Translations under genes and position numbers: made by a program
Shown: positions 1-14,406 of the stretch, in pieces
How the letters are laid out: each line of letters starts with the position of its first letter
How positions within the stretch are numbered: position 1 is the stretch's first letter
Notes under the pieces: generated by a model
Seen by the model: the letters and a program-made list of their open reading frames with translations, nothing else
Databases searched by the model: none
Told to the model about the DNA's origin: nothing
Source: Octopus bimaculoides
Lineage: Eukaryota
Assembly: GCF_001194135.2 (NCBI RefSeq)
Contig: NC_068983.1
Span: 79,454,326-79,518,325, forward strand
Direction of reading: 5' to 3'
DNA: 64,000 nt

Positions 1-517
1 TGTAAATAAAGGGTATATTTTACTGGGATTTTTATTGTAGATTTTTTCTTATAAAGAAGGACAAATTAAGATTACCTATTTTCTTCATTTATCAGTACTG
101 AGCGATTTAAAATTTCTTTGAAAATTGAAAATTTTAAAATTCAAACCCTTCCACTAATTTTATTGAATTTTTAGGCAAGGTACTTTACTGACTATTCCTT
201 GGCACCAGTCCTTCTTTGTGATGCATTAGTTAAAATTAGAAAAATAATCAAGCTATAAAATATGTGTTCAGACTTTTAATACAACCATTTAAATTTATAA
301 GCTACATAATTAATATTAGCAGGGGAAAATAAGATGAAAAATAAAGGCAACATAATATTATTCTTATTCCTTAATAATATTTTACATAATTGAGTAAAAT
401 AATTCACATTAAACTTTATAGTTTCATATTTATTTAGAAAGTAATATGATTATGCAGAATAATGATAAATCTGACTAGAATACATAAACCAAATTACACT
501 CATGCATGCACGCATGT

Positions 518-522
<5 letters not shown>

Positions 523-593
<71 letters not shown>

Positions 594-610
594 ACACACA
601 CACACACACA
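523..610. repeat. (CA)n microsatellite
   Basis: Near-perfect CA run; source of the CVCV/THTH ORFs in the track. Confidence 0.98.
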
Positions 611-1345
611 AGTTTACATTTAATATTCTTTTTCTCATTTTCTCCAGTATTGACCAGGTATTGTTGACTCTCTTAGGAAATTTACTAAATATTTAACCAA
701 TGCTTAACTATCCGGTCATTTTCTACTTTTAGCTCATGCATTAATTAATCTTACTTTAGATGTTCATAGATTGCTATTAATTGAGAGGTTTCATGCCACA
801 GTTTAGTTATATTTAAGAGATTTAATAGGGATTCCTCTTATGTAATTACAACTAATATTGATGAAGTTAATGTTGACAGTTCCCTATTTTCACATGAATT
901 TTTGTTCTAATGTAGTTATTGTTTGTTTTCATAAATGAAATTTAATGAAAATATTTCAATTAGTAACTAATTAATGACATCTTAATAGATGATTCACAAA
1001 TTTATAAAGACTGTAGTAAATTTTATGTTCATCTAGCAAAAACAAAAATTCAAAAATGAATAAAGAAAAATAAAGGTGCATAGTGTTATCATTGTCATTG
1101 TTGTGATATCTTTTTGTGCTTCCATGTTAGCATGATTTAAAGTGAATCTGATGGATCACATTATTGTTCAGCTAGTGCAGAACTGTGATGAAACTAACTG
1201 AAATCCAGATAGTATTTTTTTATTATTGTAGAGGTGAAATTAATGATTTCAGTGTGTAAAGACCATTTTTGCCAACTTCAAAAGCTAGTGAATAGCGGGG
1301 TGAATTCCATGCATTTGTCATTATAATGTGTGCCTTTCAAACTGT

Positions 1346-1665
1346 TAACTGGCACTTCATCAGTTATGATGATGAGGCTTCCAGTTAATCTAATCAACAG
1401 AACAACCTGCTTGTGAAATTAACATGCAAGTGGCTGAGCACTCTCCAGATATCCTTACCATTAATGTGGTTCTCAAGGAGATTCAGTGTGACACAGAACA
1501 TGACAATGTTGGTCCTTTGACTTACAGGTACAACTAATTTTTGCCAGCTGAGTAGACCAATGCAATGTGAAATAAAGTGTCTTGCTCAAGGACACAACAC
1601 ACTTGATTTTCAAACTTGTGACCTTACAATCATGAGACAAATACCTTAACAACTTAGCCACACAC
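1346..1665 (-). mobile_element. tRNA-derived SINE, degraded
   Basis: Reverse complement of a tRNA-like head at ~1600-1660; internal TGAAATAAAGTGTCTTGCTCAAGGACACAAC core shared with copies at ~27300, ~52600 and ~58900. Confidence 0.75.
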
Positions 1666-2682
1666 CTTCAAACTATTAGGATTCAGAAATATCACTGTTT
1701 CAACAATGGTGTAATCAATTAAGAAAATATTATCTTTCAGTTTCATGCACCAGGCACACAACTATTAGAGTTCATTCAAATCCTTGTAGTTTGCTCCATG
1801 CCAGGAGCACAAATAAGCAAACTACTAGAAAATATTGAAATTTGATACATAATTTATCCTTTTTTCAAGCTTTTGCAGCCCTAAGCTAGCTGATGCTTTG
1901 TGAATGGGATTAGAAAATGGAAATTCTATGGAAACCCATCATGCACGTGGCAAGAGTTGCATGAATGTTGTCATTTCTGCTTCTTACCTGAGATCAAAAT
2001 CGGTGATGTCATGTTGGCATTAATCTCCTAATATAATAATGAATGTGGTGTTTTTATATATTTGAATGTATATATATATATTTGTTCAAAATCACCTAGG
2101 TGGGAGTAGGAGAAAGAGTAATATAAGTGAAGGGCGAGGAGAGAAAATAATAATTCAGTGAAGGAGAAGTAATGAGAGTGATAGTCATGACTGAGAGGGA
2201 GTGAGAGAAAGAAATAGCAATGAGAGAGAGGAAGTGGCAAAGAGTGTGTCATGTATCTTGTGTTTTTCTCCTTCACAAAATATGAATGAGAAAGGAGAGG
2301 GTGATAGATGAATAATGAAGGAAGGGGGGAAAAAAAATCAGCGTTTCAACTCTGTGAATATATGTGCATGTATGTAAAAGGAAGGTAAGTGAATATTTGT
2401 GTGGGTGTGCAATGGAAGTGGGATGGTGAACATTCAATGCTGAAAAGAAAAATCAAACAGCATTTCAACTCTGTGTGAGTATATGTATGTGTATGTGTAC
2501 AAGGGAAATATGTGAATGTTTGTATCTGTAATTATTATGTACCTTATTTATATATAAAATACTACAATTAGCTGTCATTTTTGATGGCACGGGGTCAGCT
2601 AGTTTTTGAATAATACATATTGTAACTCAGTAATTATGATGTCTAGTAGATTAAAAAATCATGTACTTGAAAAACAGATAAA

Positions 2683-2830
2683 GATTGGTAACAAGAAGGG
2701 CATCTAGTCATAAAATATTGTCTTGAAAAAGTGCCCATTCAAAGCATGGCAGCCTGGAAAATCATGATCCACATCATTTTAATGTCAATTTTTCCATGTT
2801 TGCATGGGTCAGATGGAGTTTGAGGCAGAT
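2683..2830. mobile_element. Tail-to-tail pair of SINE/RTE-type 3' tail fragments
   Basis: Plus-strand GAAGGGCATC... tail followed by minus-strand CATCAT...TTCCATGTTTGCATGGGTCAGATGG tail. Confidence 0.6.
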
Positions 2831-3028
2831 TTTCAACAGCCATATACCTTTACTGTTATCGGCCCCAAACTGATGCCATGCAAAGTGATATTTCCGAACG
2901 GCCAGATCTGCTTTCACAGAATACTGGAAATGAATGCCATTGCTTGGATGACATTGACACCCATTTACAGCTATCAAGCAATATTGAGAGAGAGAGAGAG
3001 AGAGAGACACTCTCAGGCACACACTCCC

Positions 3029-3120
3029 NNNNNNNNNNNNNNNNNNNNNNNNNNNNNNNNNNNNNNNNNNNNNNNNNNNNNNNNNNNNNNNNNNNNNNNN
3101 NNNNNNNNNNNNNNNNNNNN
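3029..3120. other. Assembly gap (N run)
   Basis: N bases flanked by GA/CT-rich simple repeats. Confidence 1.
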
Positions 3121-5061
3121 CCTCCCCCCTCTTTCTCCTCTCTTTCTCCTCTCTTTCTCCCCCTCTCTCTTTCTCTCCCCCTCTCTTTCTCTCTCCCCTT
3201 TCTCTTCTCCCCCCTCTCTCTTACCTTTCAGTTTCTTACCAAATCCAATTGCAATGCTTTGGCCTGCCCAGGATTATGGTAGGGGATTCTTGCCAAAGGT
3301 GCAGCATTGTGGGACTGAACCAGAAACCATGTGGCTGTGAAGCAAAATGACATTAAGGCATGAATGAACTCTAAAATGGATGGATTTTATATCATTGAAC
3401 CAGAGAGCAGTTTCAAGTGGGTTGGTATCCAATGGGTTTTCACATACAATTAATTATAGGCAAAGACATTAATGTGAAACCAATAGTTATTATGACCCAG
3501 ATATTCCTATTAAGTTTCACAGATTTAGTTAGAAAATTTCTTTAGAGTGTTATCAGATATTTCATAATCTCTTTGATATTTCTTTACACGATCTTACAGT
3601 TTATCTCAGAACATAAATTCTCATTCTTTCTCTATTCATTAAACTCAATGACATTTATCCTAAAAGAGAGATATCAGAACAACAGAGATACATTTGCTTA
3701 GAGTTCAAAGAAAAATTTATAAAAAAAGAAATTAATTTGTCATTATTCTCCTGTGATAAATGATATCTTGATTTAGAAGCATTTATGTCAATAATATCCA
3801 TTGAGAATAAAATTGTTTCATCTGGATTTATTCATTGAATTTTTATGAGGCATCTGCATTTATTACAAATATGTATACTTGAATCCTTGTGATTGGGAAT
3901 TTGTGTATGTGTGTTTTGTGCATATGTGTGTGTGAATGTGTGCATATGTCTGTATGTGTGTTTGAATTTTAAAAATAAGTATTCAATACCAAAACAGAGT
4001 GTAATTCTTCATTACAGTACTGATTAATCTCTCTTACTATTCAAAGTTTCTGGAAGCCTTGCTAGTCATGCAATAAAAGGCTGGATTATAAAGTATGATA
4101 AATAATCTAGATATGGGTGGCATCTGTGCAAGTATAAAGAGGATAGTCATTATGAAAAATAATCAAGAAAAATTATTATTAAACAAAAAATGTCTGTTAT
4201 TTCCAGCAACAAAATTGATGAAGATGAAAAAAGAATACAAAAACCATAAGTAAAGAAATGAATAAAATTACAAAGCACAAATGCATAAAGTCATCACATG
4301 AATATGAATATACTCATATATATACATATATACATCCAAGAGTTAGGGGATGGCTACATATGTTTCATAGCAAGTAAAACCTCAGAAGTAGTTTATTCAC
4401 ACACTCAGTAACCCTGACTGCCAATTGTGAAATGTAAAATAATCTTTTGCAGTTTATTATACTTCAGTACTGGAAAAATTCAAAACCTTCCACACCGGTG
4501 GCGCTCCAGCATGACCGCAGCCACTTGGCTGAAACGCATAAATAAATAAATAAATAAACCTCTGTTGTTCCTGAAAGTTGCTTTTTGTATATTTTCTACA
4601 GATTACTTGAAGCTCACTTTCTTCTTACACCTTTATCCTTGGATCTTACATTTATCTACCTATCTGTCTGCATAGAAAAAGTGGATGTGAGAGTGACAGT
4701 GCTGATAAAATATTTCTTATATCATGAATTGTCTTATTGCATACTGCAGCTGTAGTCTTGATTAGAAAACAGAATGTTTACACTGTCTAACCATAATGAT
4801 TTTGTTCATTGGCTGTTAATATATATTTTAATTTAAAATGGTTGCTATTGTTCATTAAAAGTTCTAACAAATTTGAATTGCAATTAAATAAAGGTGATCA
4901 ATATGTGAAGGTTAATTTTTTTTTAAGATTATTAAAATTTTCTAATATAATGTATGTACATACATTATATAATATACTTACATATTGTAATTATTTAGAT
5001 GTGTTGATATGAATATGAGTATATTTCTATATGGCAATGTGTAGAGTTATATACACACCTT

Positions 5062-5096
<35 letters not shown>

Positions 5097-5250
5097 CACA
5101 TGTGCATAATATTTTGAAGAAGATATCCAATGATTGTATAAAAAATACAAAATTGCTTGGTCTAATCCAAACTGCATATTGGATGCATGTTTTTAAAAGG
5201 ATCTGAAAAGATGGATTGTGATCGTTTATTGAGAGGGAAAAGGGTGTGTG

Positions 5251-5366
<116 letters not shown>

Positions 5367-5847
5367 GAACATACTTCAGAGTACCTAAAAAATTGTACAA
5401 TGTATATTAGTCCACTGTTATTTATTTGAAAGTATTCATTGTGGAGATCGGTGGTAGTTGAAAAACATCTTAATTTTCTTTATGTAAACAAAACAGTTAT
5501 TTATATTACATCCCAATAACCTATTATGATACATCCAAAAAAAAGCACACACATGTTCTTGTCTCTGTGTGGGGGTTTCCACCCTTAAACTGCATTATAT
5601 CATAGATGCTTTTGCATGTCACCAACTTTATGTATTTAAATACTTACTACAATAAACATACACTTCTTTAAAAGGTTCCGAAGAAACTTTTTGATGTTAC
5701 ACATGCACTCAGCTCTAAATGCTATGCTTCTTGCAGCAAAAAAAAACAGCTGTAAGCTAATGAAAGTGATTATGTAGCTCCTTTTTTTTTTACATTTATT
5801 AATTAATATATACATACATGTATGCATGTACACACATGCACACATAT

Positions 5848-6075
5848 ATAACTCTTTAGCATTCAGATTATTCTGTAAAATGTAATGCTTGTTTATATAC
5901 ATTGTTTTGAATTTTTCATGCAATATCTTGTAGCTTAAAGATTTCAATGACGTGGTTGTTTATTTTTACAATGACATTGTTGGGTAGGTGTGAGATGCTG
6001 GATCTGACCAGTTTGAATATAAAAGAAGCAGAATATTTTGACTGGATATGTCTGGTTTAAATGCTAAAGGGATAA
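5848..6075. mobile_element. piggyBac-like MITE (degraded TTAA-CCCTTTAGCATT ends)
   Basis: Ends ATAACTCTTTAGCATTCA and TTAAATGCTAAAGGGATAA are inverted repeats; same family in opposite orientation at 59441-59658. Confidence 0.7.
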
Positions 6076-6324
6076 ATATATGTATACATATATGTGTATA
6101 CATGTGTATGTATATATATCTGTATAAATATATCTATGTATACATATATTTGTACAATCATATACAAATATATGTATAAATAAATAAATGGAGTTAAACC
6201 ATTTTACTTGTTTCATATTTTTGCTACCCTGGTAACTATCTACTATTTTTTCCATGTTAATTGTTAACAAGGGAAAAATACGCACATCTATATATATATA
6301 TACAAATATATGTATGTATGTATG

Positions 6325-6392
<68 letters not shown>

Positions 6393-8872
6393 GTATATAT
6401 TTGTGTCATATATTTTTTAAAGATAATTTTACTAGGACTATATTTTCTGAATGCATTCTTCTTTGTCCATGTAGCTGCCCACTCTTTGGGTGATTTCCCA
6501 AATGTTGCAAACACAGTTTATAATATAAGATAAATGTGGTTTGAGAGTAAAAAAAAAAAAAAAAGTCATTAAAAGTTATTTCATTGAATATTTGTATAAT
6601 TGTGAGATACCTGAGAACCAAGTCTACTATTAGACTTATAGAATTTAGTTTCAGAGCATAATATTAATGAGAACAAATATCCACACACTTTTGCATGCTT
6701 CCACACATGATCACACATACACACACACACATTTTTATAAAAGCCTGCTTACAATTTATGTTTCATGAAATTTCTTATTGTATTTTATGAATGCTTCTTT
6801 AGCTATAAGCTGTTTCTGCTGCAAATTAGTAACAAGAAGGCTGAGATAACTGGAAAATACATTCTTTACACAGCAGAATTGGGAGTATTCATTTTACAAA
6901 TGAGAATCTGTAAGAATAGTAATTTTGTCCGGTTACATTAATAAAGTTCAGAAAGTTTAAGAACTTGAGTTGTTAGATTAACTACAGGCAAGTAGTAGTT
7001 AATGATTGAACTCCGGGTGCTTACTATTTGGCTAGCTGACAGCATAACTGAGGAAACTAGCTGACTGACTGGAACTTACCTATTGGCTAAGAACTGTACT
7101 GGCTAGTAAGATTGCTTAATTTTTATAGCATGTGGATATGTATGAGTGTAAACATGTGTTGAGAACAATTTCTGCAGGTTGTTGTTGTGCATTAGCCAGC
7201 AAATTAGTGCTAGAGCTTCTGACCTTTTAACTATATTCTATTCACAGATTTTCATTGTCTTTATTGAAAGGAATAAGGATGGTTCTTGCAGAATGCTTGG
7301 ATGGTTTCTTTGAAAGGCTTGACAGTGAGGTATTCTGTTGACCTTAGGAATGTTTACAAGAGGCTTGGTCTTAATGAGATTTGTTGAGTCTATTGCTTTT
7401 GAAGGACTCAATGCTAATGGATTTGTTAAATTTAGATTTGAATTTCTCAACCATGTTGCTACTCATCTATTATATCATTCATGTGTGATTTTTCATTTTG
7501 ACTATCAGATAATTTATTTAGTATTATAACTTACAAGGATATTGATGTAGAAGTTCTATTGTCAATAAACTCCCCATATTAAGTTATGAACATACATGAA
7601 GATATAACCTCCATACTTCTAAGAATTACTAATTTTAATAAGAGTTTAAGGCAGGATGCTCATTCATGAAATAATGAAGTTTCATTCTTCTGATTTACAA
7701 AGTTGATTACAATGGAAGCTGAAAATACTGATACTCAATGAAGATAAACTTAAATGGTATGAAATGCTAAATTAGCTTCTTCAGGTTTGTAAAAAGGGAT
7801 TATTAATGACTTACAAATTGATATTGGAATGTCATTAATTTCCTGTTCAGACTTCTTGTAAAATAAAATCAGGATTAATGTTAAGTTTATATTTTGGATC
7901 AATAATTTCTACTGGGAAATAGTGGCAGAATTGAAATATCAAGAATTTTTCCTGACTATATGTTTTTATGGAATGTTAAGAACTAGAATTCAAAGAAAGC
8001 ATATGTAAACTAAGTTAGTGACATGGATATAATAGAAGTGAAATCATTGATAACAGCTTTGCCAATGAAGAGTTTTCTCTGCAAACATCATTTAATATAT
8101 TTCTATCAAACATTAGTTGCTGTATCCTTAATCACAGTATTCATATACTCTATATATTGTATTTTTCATCAAAGTGTAAACAGTAACTATATGAATACTA
8201 TCCCCTTCTTGATATCTAAATAAAGTAAGTCTGCTTATTTGGACTTCTAAATAAAGATTGGTAAGCATTGTCAGCATTTATTGTGTATTTAGTAATGGCT
8301 ATTGTCAAAAGCCTTTTATAGAAACAAATGCACATTTATCTATGAACCTTTGGATGTAAGAATCCTGTTAGAAATATGTTAAAATATTGACAGGAATAAT
8401 AGATATGGACATGAATATACTTTCCTTTATGTTTTGAATAATTTTTACTAAATCACTGTGCTGTATAATCTGTGCATAAGATTCATTGCTAAGAAAATAT
8501 TAGTTTCTTCAATCTGTACATATCTCAGTAGTCACAACAACATCAACAACCATAAAATTAGAACTTGATATTTCTTTGTCAACAAGTCACTGATCTTGGC
8601 TTCTATGTCTATGAATACAGAATTATTTGAAGCAGAACATTACTGTTTTTGGTACAAATTTTCTCAGTAGACTAAAATGCATAAAGTAGTTGTAACTTCT
8701 TAGCTACATAGCCATTAAATATTTTTGGAAGCAATAGTAACAGCTATGAGATGATATCTGGCATTAAATAAAAGTTAAGAATAATGTTTGAAATGTTCTT
8801 GTTTATTCTCAAAATGCTTGATAGACTGCAGTTAAGTAAACTTTGAGATTGTGACTTAAAAAAACAAACAAC

Positions 8873-9265
8873 TATAGGTGCAGTGGTGGGGGATGAAAAG
8901 TTTGCTTCCAAAGCTCATGGTTCCAGGTTCAATCCAACTGCATGACACCTTGTGCTGATATCTCTTATTATGGCCATGGGATGACCAAAGCCTTGTGAGT
9001 GGATATGCTAGATGGAAAGTGAAAGAAGTCCATCATATGTGTATATGTTTGTTTGTCGCCTATCATTGCTTGACAACAGGTGTTGGTTTGTTTAGGTCTC
9101 TAACTTAGCAATTTGGCCTAAGAGACTGATAGAATACATACCAGGCCTAAAAAGAAAATAAGTACTCAGGTCATTTTGTTCAACTAAAACCCTTCAAGGC
9201 ACGACCCCCATCCCCTCCCCACAATGTCTCAGTACAATGATCAAAACAAGTAAAAGATAAATGAT
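8873..9265 (+). mobile_element. tRNA-derived SINE
   Basis: tRNA-like head with B-box-like GGTTCAATCC; body and AAACAAGTAAAAGATAAA tail match the copy at 11030-11440. Confidence 0.8.
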
Positions 9266-9345
9266 ATCAGAAACATTTAAACAGAGAATATTTTAAGTAT
9301 GATGAGAAGTTGTAAAAATTTATGATTTAATTAATGAACTGTTTA

Positions 9346-10618
9346 ACAGGCAGAGTAAAAAGGAATCAATGGTTTGAAACATGAAATTCATCACAATATA
9401 TTGCAACAATGCAGAAATTTTATTTCTCAAAGTAAGTACCATTACAATCAACACATTTCTGCCAACAAGTAACAAGTTTGTTTATTCTGGTAACATAAAA
9501 ATCTGGAGTCCTGGAGCTGCTGAACTCGTTGAATGCAGTTTCAGCATCAGTTTGATTTTTGAACTCCTTCTCTTGCAAGAAACCATGAAGGTGCTTGAAA
9601 AAGTGGTAGTCAGTAAGAAAGGTCTGGGGAATAAGGTGGATGGAAAGGAACTTCATATCCAAGTTCCCTCAACTTCTGAAGCATTATTAGTAAAATGGGT
9701 GGTCAAGCGTTGTCATGATAAATAATTGGCCCTCTTCTGTTGACCAGTCTGCAACGGAGGAGTAGCAGTTTTTTGTTAATTCTAGCAATTTCATGGCAAT
9801 ATATTTCTACAGTAATGGTTTTTCCAGGTTTTAAGAAGTTATAGTAGATAAGTCCAGCAGTACACCACCAAACAATCACCATAACCTTCTTTTTGAAGAG
9901 CTCGGGTTTAGGGAAGGTTTTCAGTGCTTCAATTTGGTCCAACCACTGCAAAGAACGTTTTTTTATTATTGCACAGAATCCACTTTTCATCACAAGTTAC
10001 AATACAATCGAGAAATGGGTTGGTCTGGTTATGGAGAAGAGACAAGCAAATTTCATACCTGCACATTTTCTGATTTTCATTCAAATAATGTGGTACCCAT
10101 TTGTCAAGTTTTTTGATTTTGTGATCACATGCAAATGGTTGCAGGCAGTTTTCTGGCTAACTTGAAGTTCTTTAGTCAGTTCTTGAGTGGTTTTATGTGG
10201 ATCTTTCTCAATGATTGTCTTAATTGACTGTCATCGATGACAGATGGGGATCCACTATGCTCATGATCTTCACTGTGAAATCGTTTAAACCATTTTCAAG
10301 CTGACCACTCACTCATCATTTCCTCATGAAACGTTTCGTTGGTATTGTGAGCTGGTATTTCAACTGCTTTACGTCCTTTTTTTTTGAAGTTGAATAGGAA
10401 AATTGCTCAAATATCACACTTTGACAGTTCCATCTCAGATGATTGTAACAGTGGTGAAAAAAATATCAATGTTAATTTATTGATGCATTTGGGCAAGTCT
10501 ATGTTTGCATTATCAGACAATTGCAAAAAAAGAATGTTTTAAAAAATTCAAAACTCTGCCAAAATCTGGTACAAATTCTTCATGGTTCAAAACGTTGCTT
10601 ATTTTTTACTCAGCCTGA
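9346..10618 (-). mobile_element. Full-length mariner DNA transposon (~1.27 kb), decayed
   Basis: Imperfect ~40-bp TIRs (ACAGGCAGAGTAAAAAGGAATCAATGGTTTGAAACATGAA vs reverse complement TCAGGCTGAGTAAAAAATAAGCAACGTTTTGAACCATGAA); TA at 9344-45 and 10619-20; internal transposase. Confidence 0.93.
9420..10433 (-). pseudogene. Mariner DDD transposase pseudogene (stops and frameshifts)
   Basis: N-terminus MELSKCDI*AIFLFNFK; motifs IVTCDEKW, KKVMVIVWW, IIYHDNA, TDYHFF, KLVTCWQKCVDCNGTYF in ORFs 9703-9993 and 9420-9662. Confidence 0.92.
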
Positions 10619-11029
10619 TAGATGATGAGAAATTAAGATTCTTAGTTAACATGCTATTTCAATTTATAAGCTATTTAAGTTGTTATATAAAAATATTAAC
10701 ATAACATTCTACCAAAGAATAAGATATATATTACTATATCTTTATGAAAAGTGTAATCTCTAGAAAGTAATTTTGAGTTAATTATCTTCACTGTTTCTCA
10801 TCAAAATTACTCCATTCTGATATTTTTACTTTGTTGCTTTTTGTACATTTTCCCTCTTCAGCTAGTTTGCCTGTTATTAAATTTTTTGAAATATTAACTT
10901 TCTTTTAAGCAAGTTAAGTATTTAAGTCATTTGTTAACTTGAATAATATCATTTTTCTTCCTTGATAAATATATTTTGAATTTTTCTGCTAAAACATTAT
11001 TAAAGTTATTAAACTTTTGCATATTACTA

Positions 11030-11191
11030 GGTGCAGGTGTGGGTGTGTGGTAAGAAGCTTAATTGCCAACCACATGGTTCCGGGTTCAGTCCCACTGCAT
11101 AGCACTTTGGGCGTCTTCTACTATAACCTCAGGCTACCAAAGTGTCATGAGTGGATTTGGTAGACATAAACTGAAAGAAACCCATTGTGTG

Positions 11192-11226
<35 letters not shown>

Positions 11227-11440
11227 CTTAGTGTTCATGTTTGTCCCCCACTACTGCTTGACAACCAGTGTTGGTGTGTTTATCTCTCTGTAACTTAGCA
11301 GGTCAGCAAAAGGGTTCAACAGAATAAGTACAAGACTTTAAAGCAAAAATACTGAGGTCAATTCATTTGGCTAAAAATTCTTCAAGGCAGTGCCCCACCA
11401 TGGCACAGTCTAATAATTAAAACAAGTAAAAGATAAAGAT
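11030..11440 (+). mobile_element. tRNA-derived SINE, near full length
   Basis: Head GGTGTGGGTGTGTGGTAAGAAGC...GGTTCAGTCCC; internal (TA)n(TG)n; tail AAACAAGTAAAAGATAAAGATA. Confidence 0.85.
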
Positions 11441-13239
11441 ACTATTTTCATTCTTACGAAAATTTCTTTGCACAGTTGAAATGATAAATGCAACATGTAT
11501 TTATAAGAAGTTAAAGATAAAGCGATTAAAACAGATGTTTCGTCTTCACTGTCTACCTGTTCTAATCTAGTAGTGAAACATGTGTATCATGCTTTTGATA
11601 ACTTTTTATATTGCTTCTTGACTATGTTTTTCTACCATCCTCTCAGCCAAGTAGAATAGTAACAGTTAAATGGGAAAGGTGTATTGAATTTTTGCCTTTG
11701 ATAGTTTTTTATTCTCAAGAACAGTTAGGATAGTTGGATAATATTGATACTCAGTTTTAACTTTTAAAGGTCAATTGTTAAGGGGGAAACAAGTTCAGTT
11801 GTTAATTCAGTTTTACATCCTCTGGATAAATTGTAAGTCTACCATAAATATCATTTCCAAGAACATATATTGTAAGTGGTTGTTGATAAGCATTTTTTGG
11901 AAACTCACTTTTTCCTTGTACACTGAGGCACTCTCTAGTTTGTACTGAGAAGTATTAATCATCATGTTGCATAGGTATAAATTCATTAATGACTCATCTG
12001 AACAAATTACTTAAGAAACTTAAGAATGAGACACCAAAAAATCATGTTTTATTTTTACCAATGAATATTCAGCTCCAAGTTCAAATTCCACTGAGATAAA
12101 CTTTACCTGTTTTGCTTTTGAATTTTACCCATTTTGCTTTTGAAGCTGGTAAATGAAAGTACTGATTGAGAGTGTTGGATTGGCAGAACTGTAAGAACAT
12201 CATAACCAAACATGTGACACCAAAAGGTTGCATAGCTGGTTTTCATCTATGGCTTCAATTTCTGCCTAAACCAACTTTGCCATCCATAACTATTGGGATT
12301 CCTTTACCTCTTCGAATTCACATTTACAATTTGCAGCCAAGATATTGATGTTTATTCAATCTCGCTTTCTCTCTTCTCTATGAAGATGGGCTCTTGTTCT
12401 CCTTTAAAAGAGATTATTTTTTTCATTTCTCCCAGCAAATCAAATCACTGAATTTTTTTCACTGTTTTTCCTGTTTTTTATAAACTTTCAAGTATTTGAT
12501 CCCTTTATATAGCTTGTTCATGTTTAAGAGTCAGTCAGGCAATTGGTAAATGTACTGTTTCCATAACAAAAGACAGTGGCTAGTTTTATGGTCATCGCTA
12601 AACTAAAAGTCAGAATGTGTCTTTACTTTTCAGTAAAGCTATTGAGCTAAAGAAACAGGATTCACTGCATATCACTGACAACAGTTTCAACTTAACAACC
12701 ATAAAATCTCACTACAATTTCAAATTCTTTCCTCCTCGTTGCTTTTCCTTGCTTTAGTTTTCACTTTGACTTAATGTCTGTCATGATACGGAAGAAACAA
12801 AACACAGAAAAGTATTAAGTTGAGAGTTGATGTTTGCATGCTAAATCTTAATAGATTCTCAGATAATTTTCACTGATATATGATGCATTCAGAATGTTCC
12901 ATCCATTCTTATGTATAAACTGAAAAGGATAATAAGTCCTGTAGTTGTCAAGTTCTATGCACATTAACAGTTCTGAACAATTTATTGCAATGTCATTATA
13001 TATGAAGCTCAATATAGGTTGAACCTGAACTCTTTATTAATGATCATTGGGCGGACTGTTGTAATCTTTTATTCAAAGATAGGAATAATCTGCAAGTATC
13101 TTGTTACTTCCTTCTAGTTTTTCTGATTTTGCATGTTTTCTTAGAAAATAATTTATTCTACAGCTTCATTTCACATCCTTCTTTTTCAACCATTTATTAT
13201 GATTATTATTTGTAGTAGTGGTGGTGGTGGTGTGGTATT

Positions 13240-13440
13240 AAGGTAGGGAGCTGCCAGAGTTGTTAACTCATCTATCAAAATGCTTGGTGATATTTCTTCT
13301 GGCCCTTTACATTCTGAGTTCAAATTCCACTGAGATTGACTTTGCTATTTACAAGTACCAGTTGAACACTAGAAATTATGTAATTAACTACCACCACCAC
13401 GTAAAATTGCAGGCTTTTTGCCCAAAGTTTGAAAAAGTTA
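13240..13440 (+). mobile_element. SINE, second family (GAGTTCAAATTCC...GACTTTGC core)
   Basis: Core shared with 17390-17610, 20015-20185 and 60870-61005; flanked by trinucleotide repeats. Confidence 0.7.
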
Positions 13441-13959
13441 TTTTTGTTGTTGTTGTTGTTGTTATCATCATTATTGTCTAACAGGATATTTTTTTAATGA
13501 ACTTTTAAAATTAAAATATTAATTCATAACATTGGTACAAGGCCAAAATTTTGGAGGGTGAGTTAGTAGATTAAATTGATCCCTTGTACATTTTTTCCTA
13601 AACCAGTTAGAGGGAAATGGGTAACTGTTGTACTGGAATCAATCCACTGATCTAGTACAGACAAGGTTCAAAGGTACTAAGGAACCATCCACATTTTCAG
13701 CAAGTGGTTTATGCCAGAGATCTGTCACTGAATGAAAGTGATATAGTGTGGGTTTTTGCTACTCTGTATAATAACCACTTCCTTAAACATACCTTTGAAT
13801 AACAGATGTATACGAAATATATAAAGCAATCACATGTATATAAAGTGGTTATCCTGTGTTGTCTGCACACCCTACCTACCATATCATTGCTGAACCAGAT
13901 ACCTAATCAGAAAGTAGATGTTTGTATTAGATACAGTTATGCAGCTGTTGTTGGTGATC

Positions 13960-14140
13960 GTGTTGTTTCACATCAAGTCAGCTATGATTGTACAGACCCA
14001 TTAATCAAAGGCATTCCAGCTGCAACTATCCTGTTTTTTAAAACTTTTTTAAAATTAGTATATCTATCTAGTACTACACAATTCTGTCCTTCCTTTTAAA
14101 CACAGAGGTGTAATTTGTATGATATTTGGCTGCTTTCTAT
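13960..14140 (+). repeat. Interspersed repeat family; other copies ~21395-21600, ~27460-27560, ~50335-50560, ~53560-53640
   Basis: Shared ...ATCAAAGGCATTCCAGC... and ...TTTGGCTGCTATTTCTAGCA...-like motifs. Confidence 0.55.
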
Positions 14141-14406
14141 AAAAAGTAAAATGAACAAGTGGTTCCTGCATTGGATTGTATAGGGTGTTGCATGAAAAAG
14201 TAGCCTAGGTTTCATAGTATAGTGTAAATACAGAAATAAATTCATGCAAGTATCATTGTGTTATTTCAACCACTTGTAACTGCTGAAAGATGATGCACTA
14301 GTCTGCTGTTTGCTATCTTATCCTCACCACATCCTCACTGCTTTTGCTGATTGTAAGATTCATTTAGGGAAAACCTCTAGCCCTTTCTACAAGATGATAT
14401 ACTTAC

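Noticed and set aside
648-657. 10-nt microexon candidate (TTCTCCAG|TATTGACCAG|GTATTG)
   Set aside because: Plausible signals, but such matches are common in AT-rich DNA and there is no supporting context.
7250-7700. RT-like words VDLRNVY and LRQ(G)C
   Set aside because: Spacing is about twice that expected between these RT motifs and the sequence is too degenerate to call.
12632-12760. KAIELKK...NSFNL resembling a Penelope GIY-YIG tail, or an exon
   Set aside because: In-frame stop just upstream, no GIY/YIG motif and no donor site.
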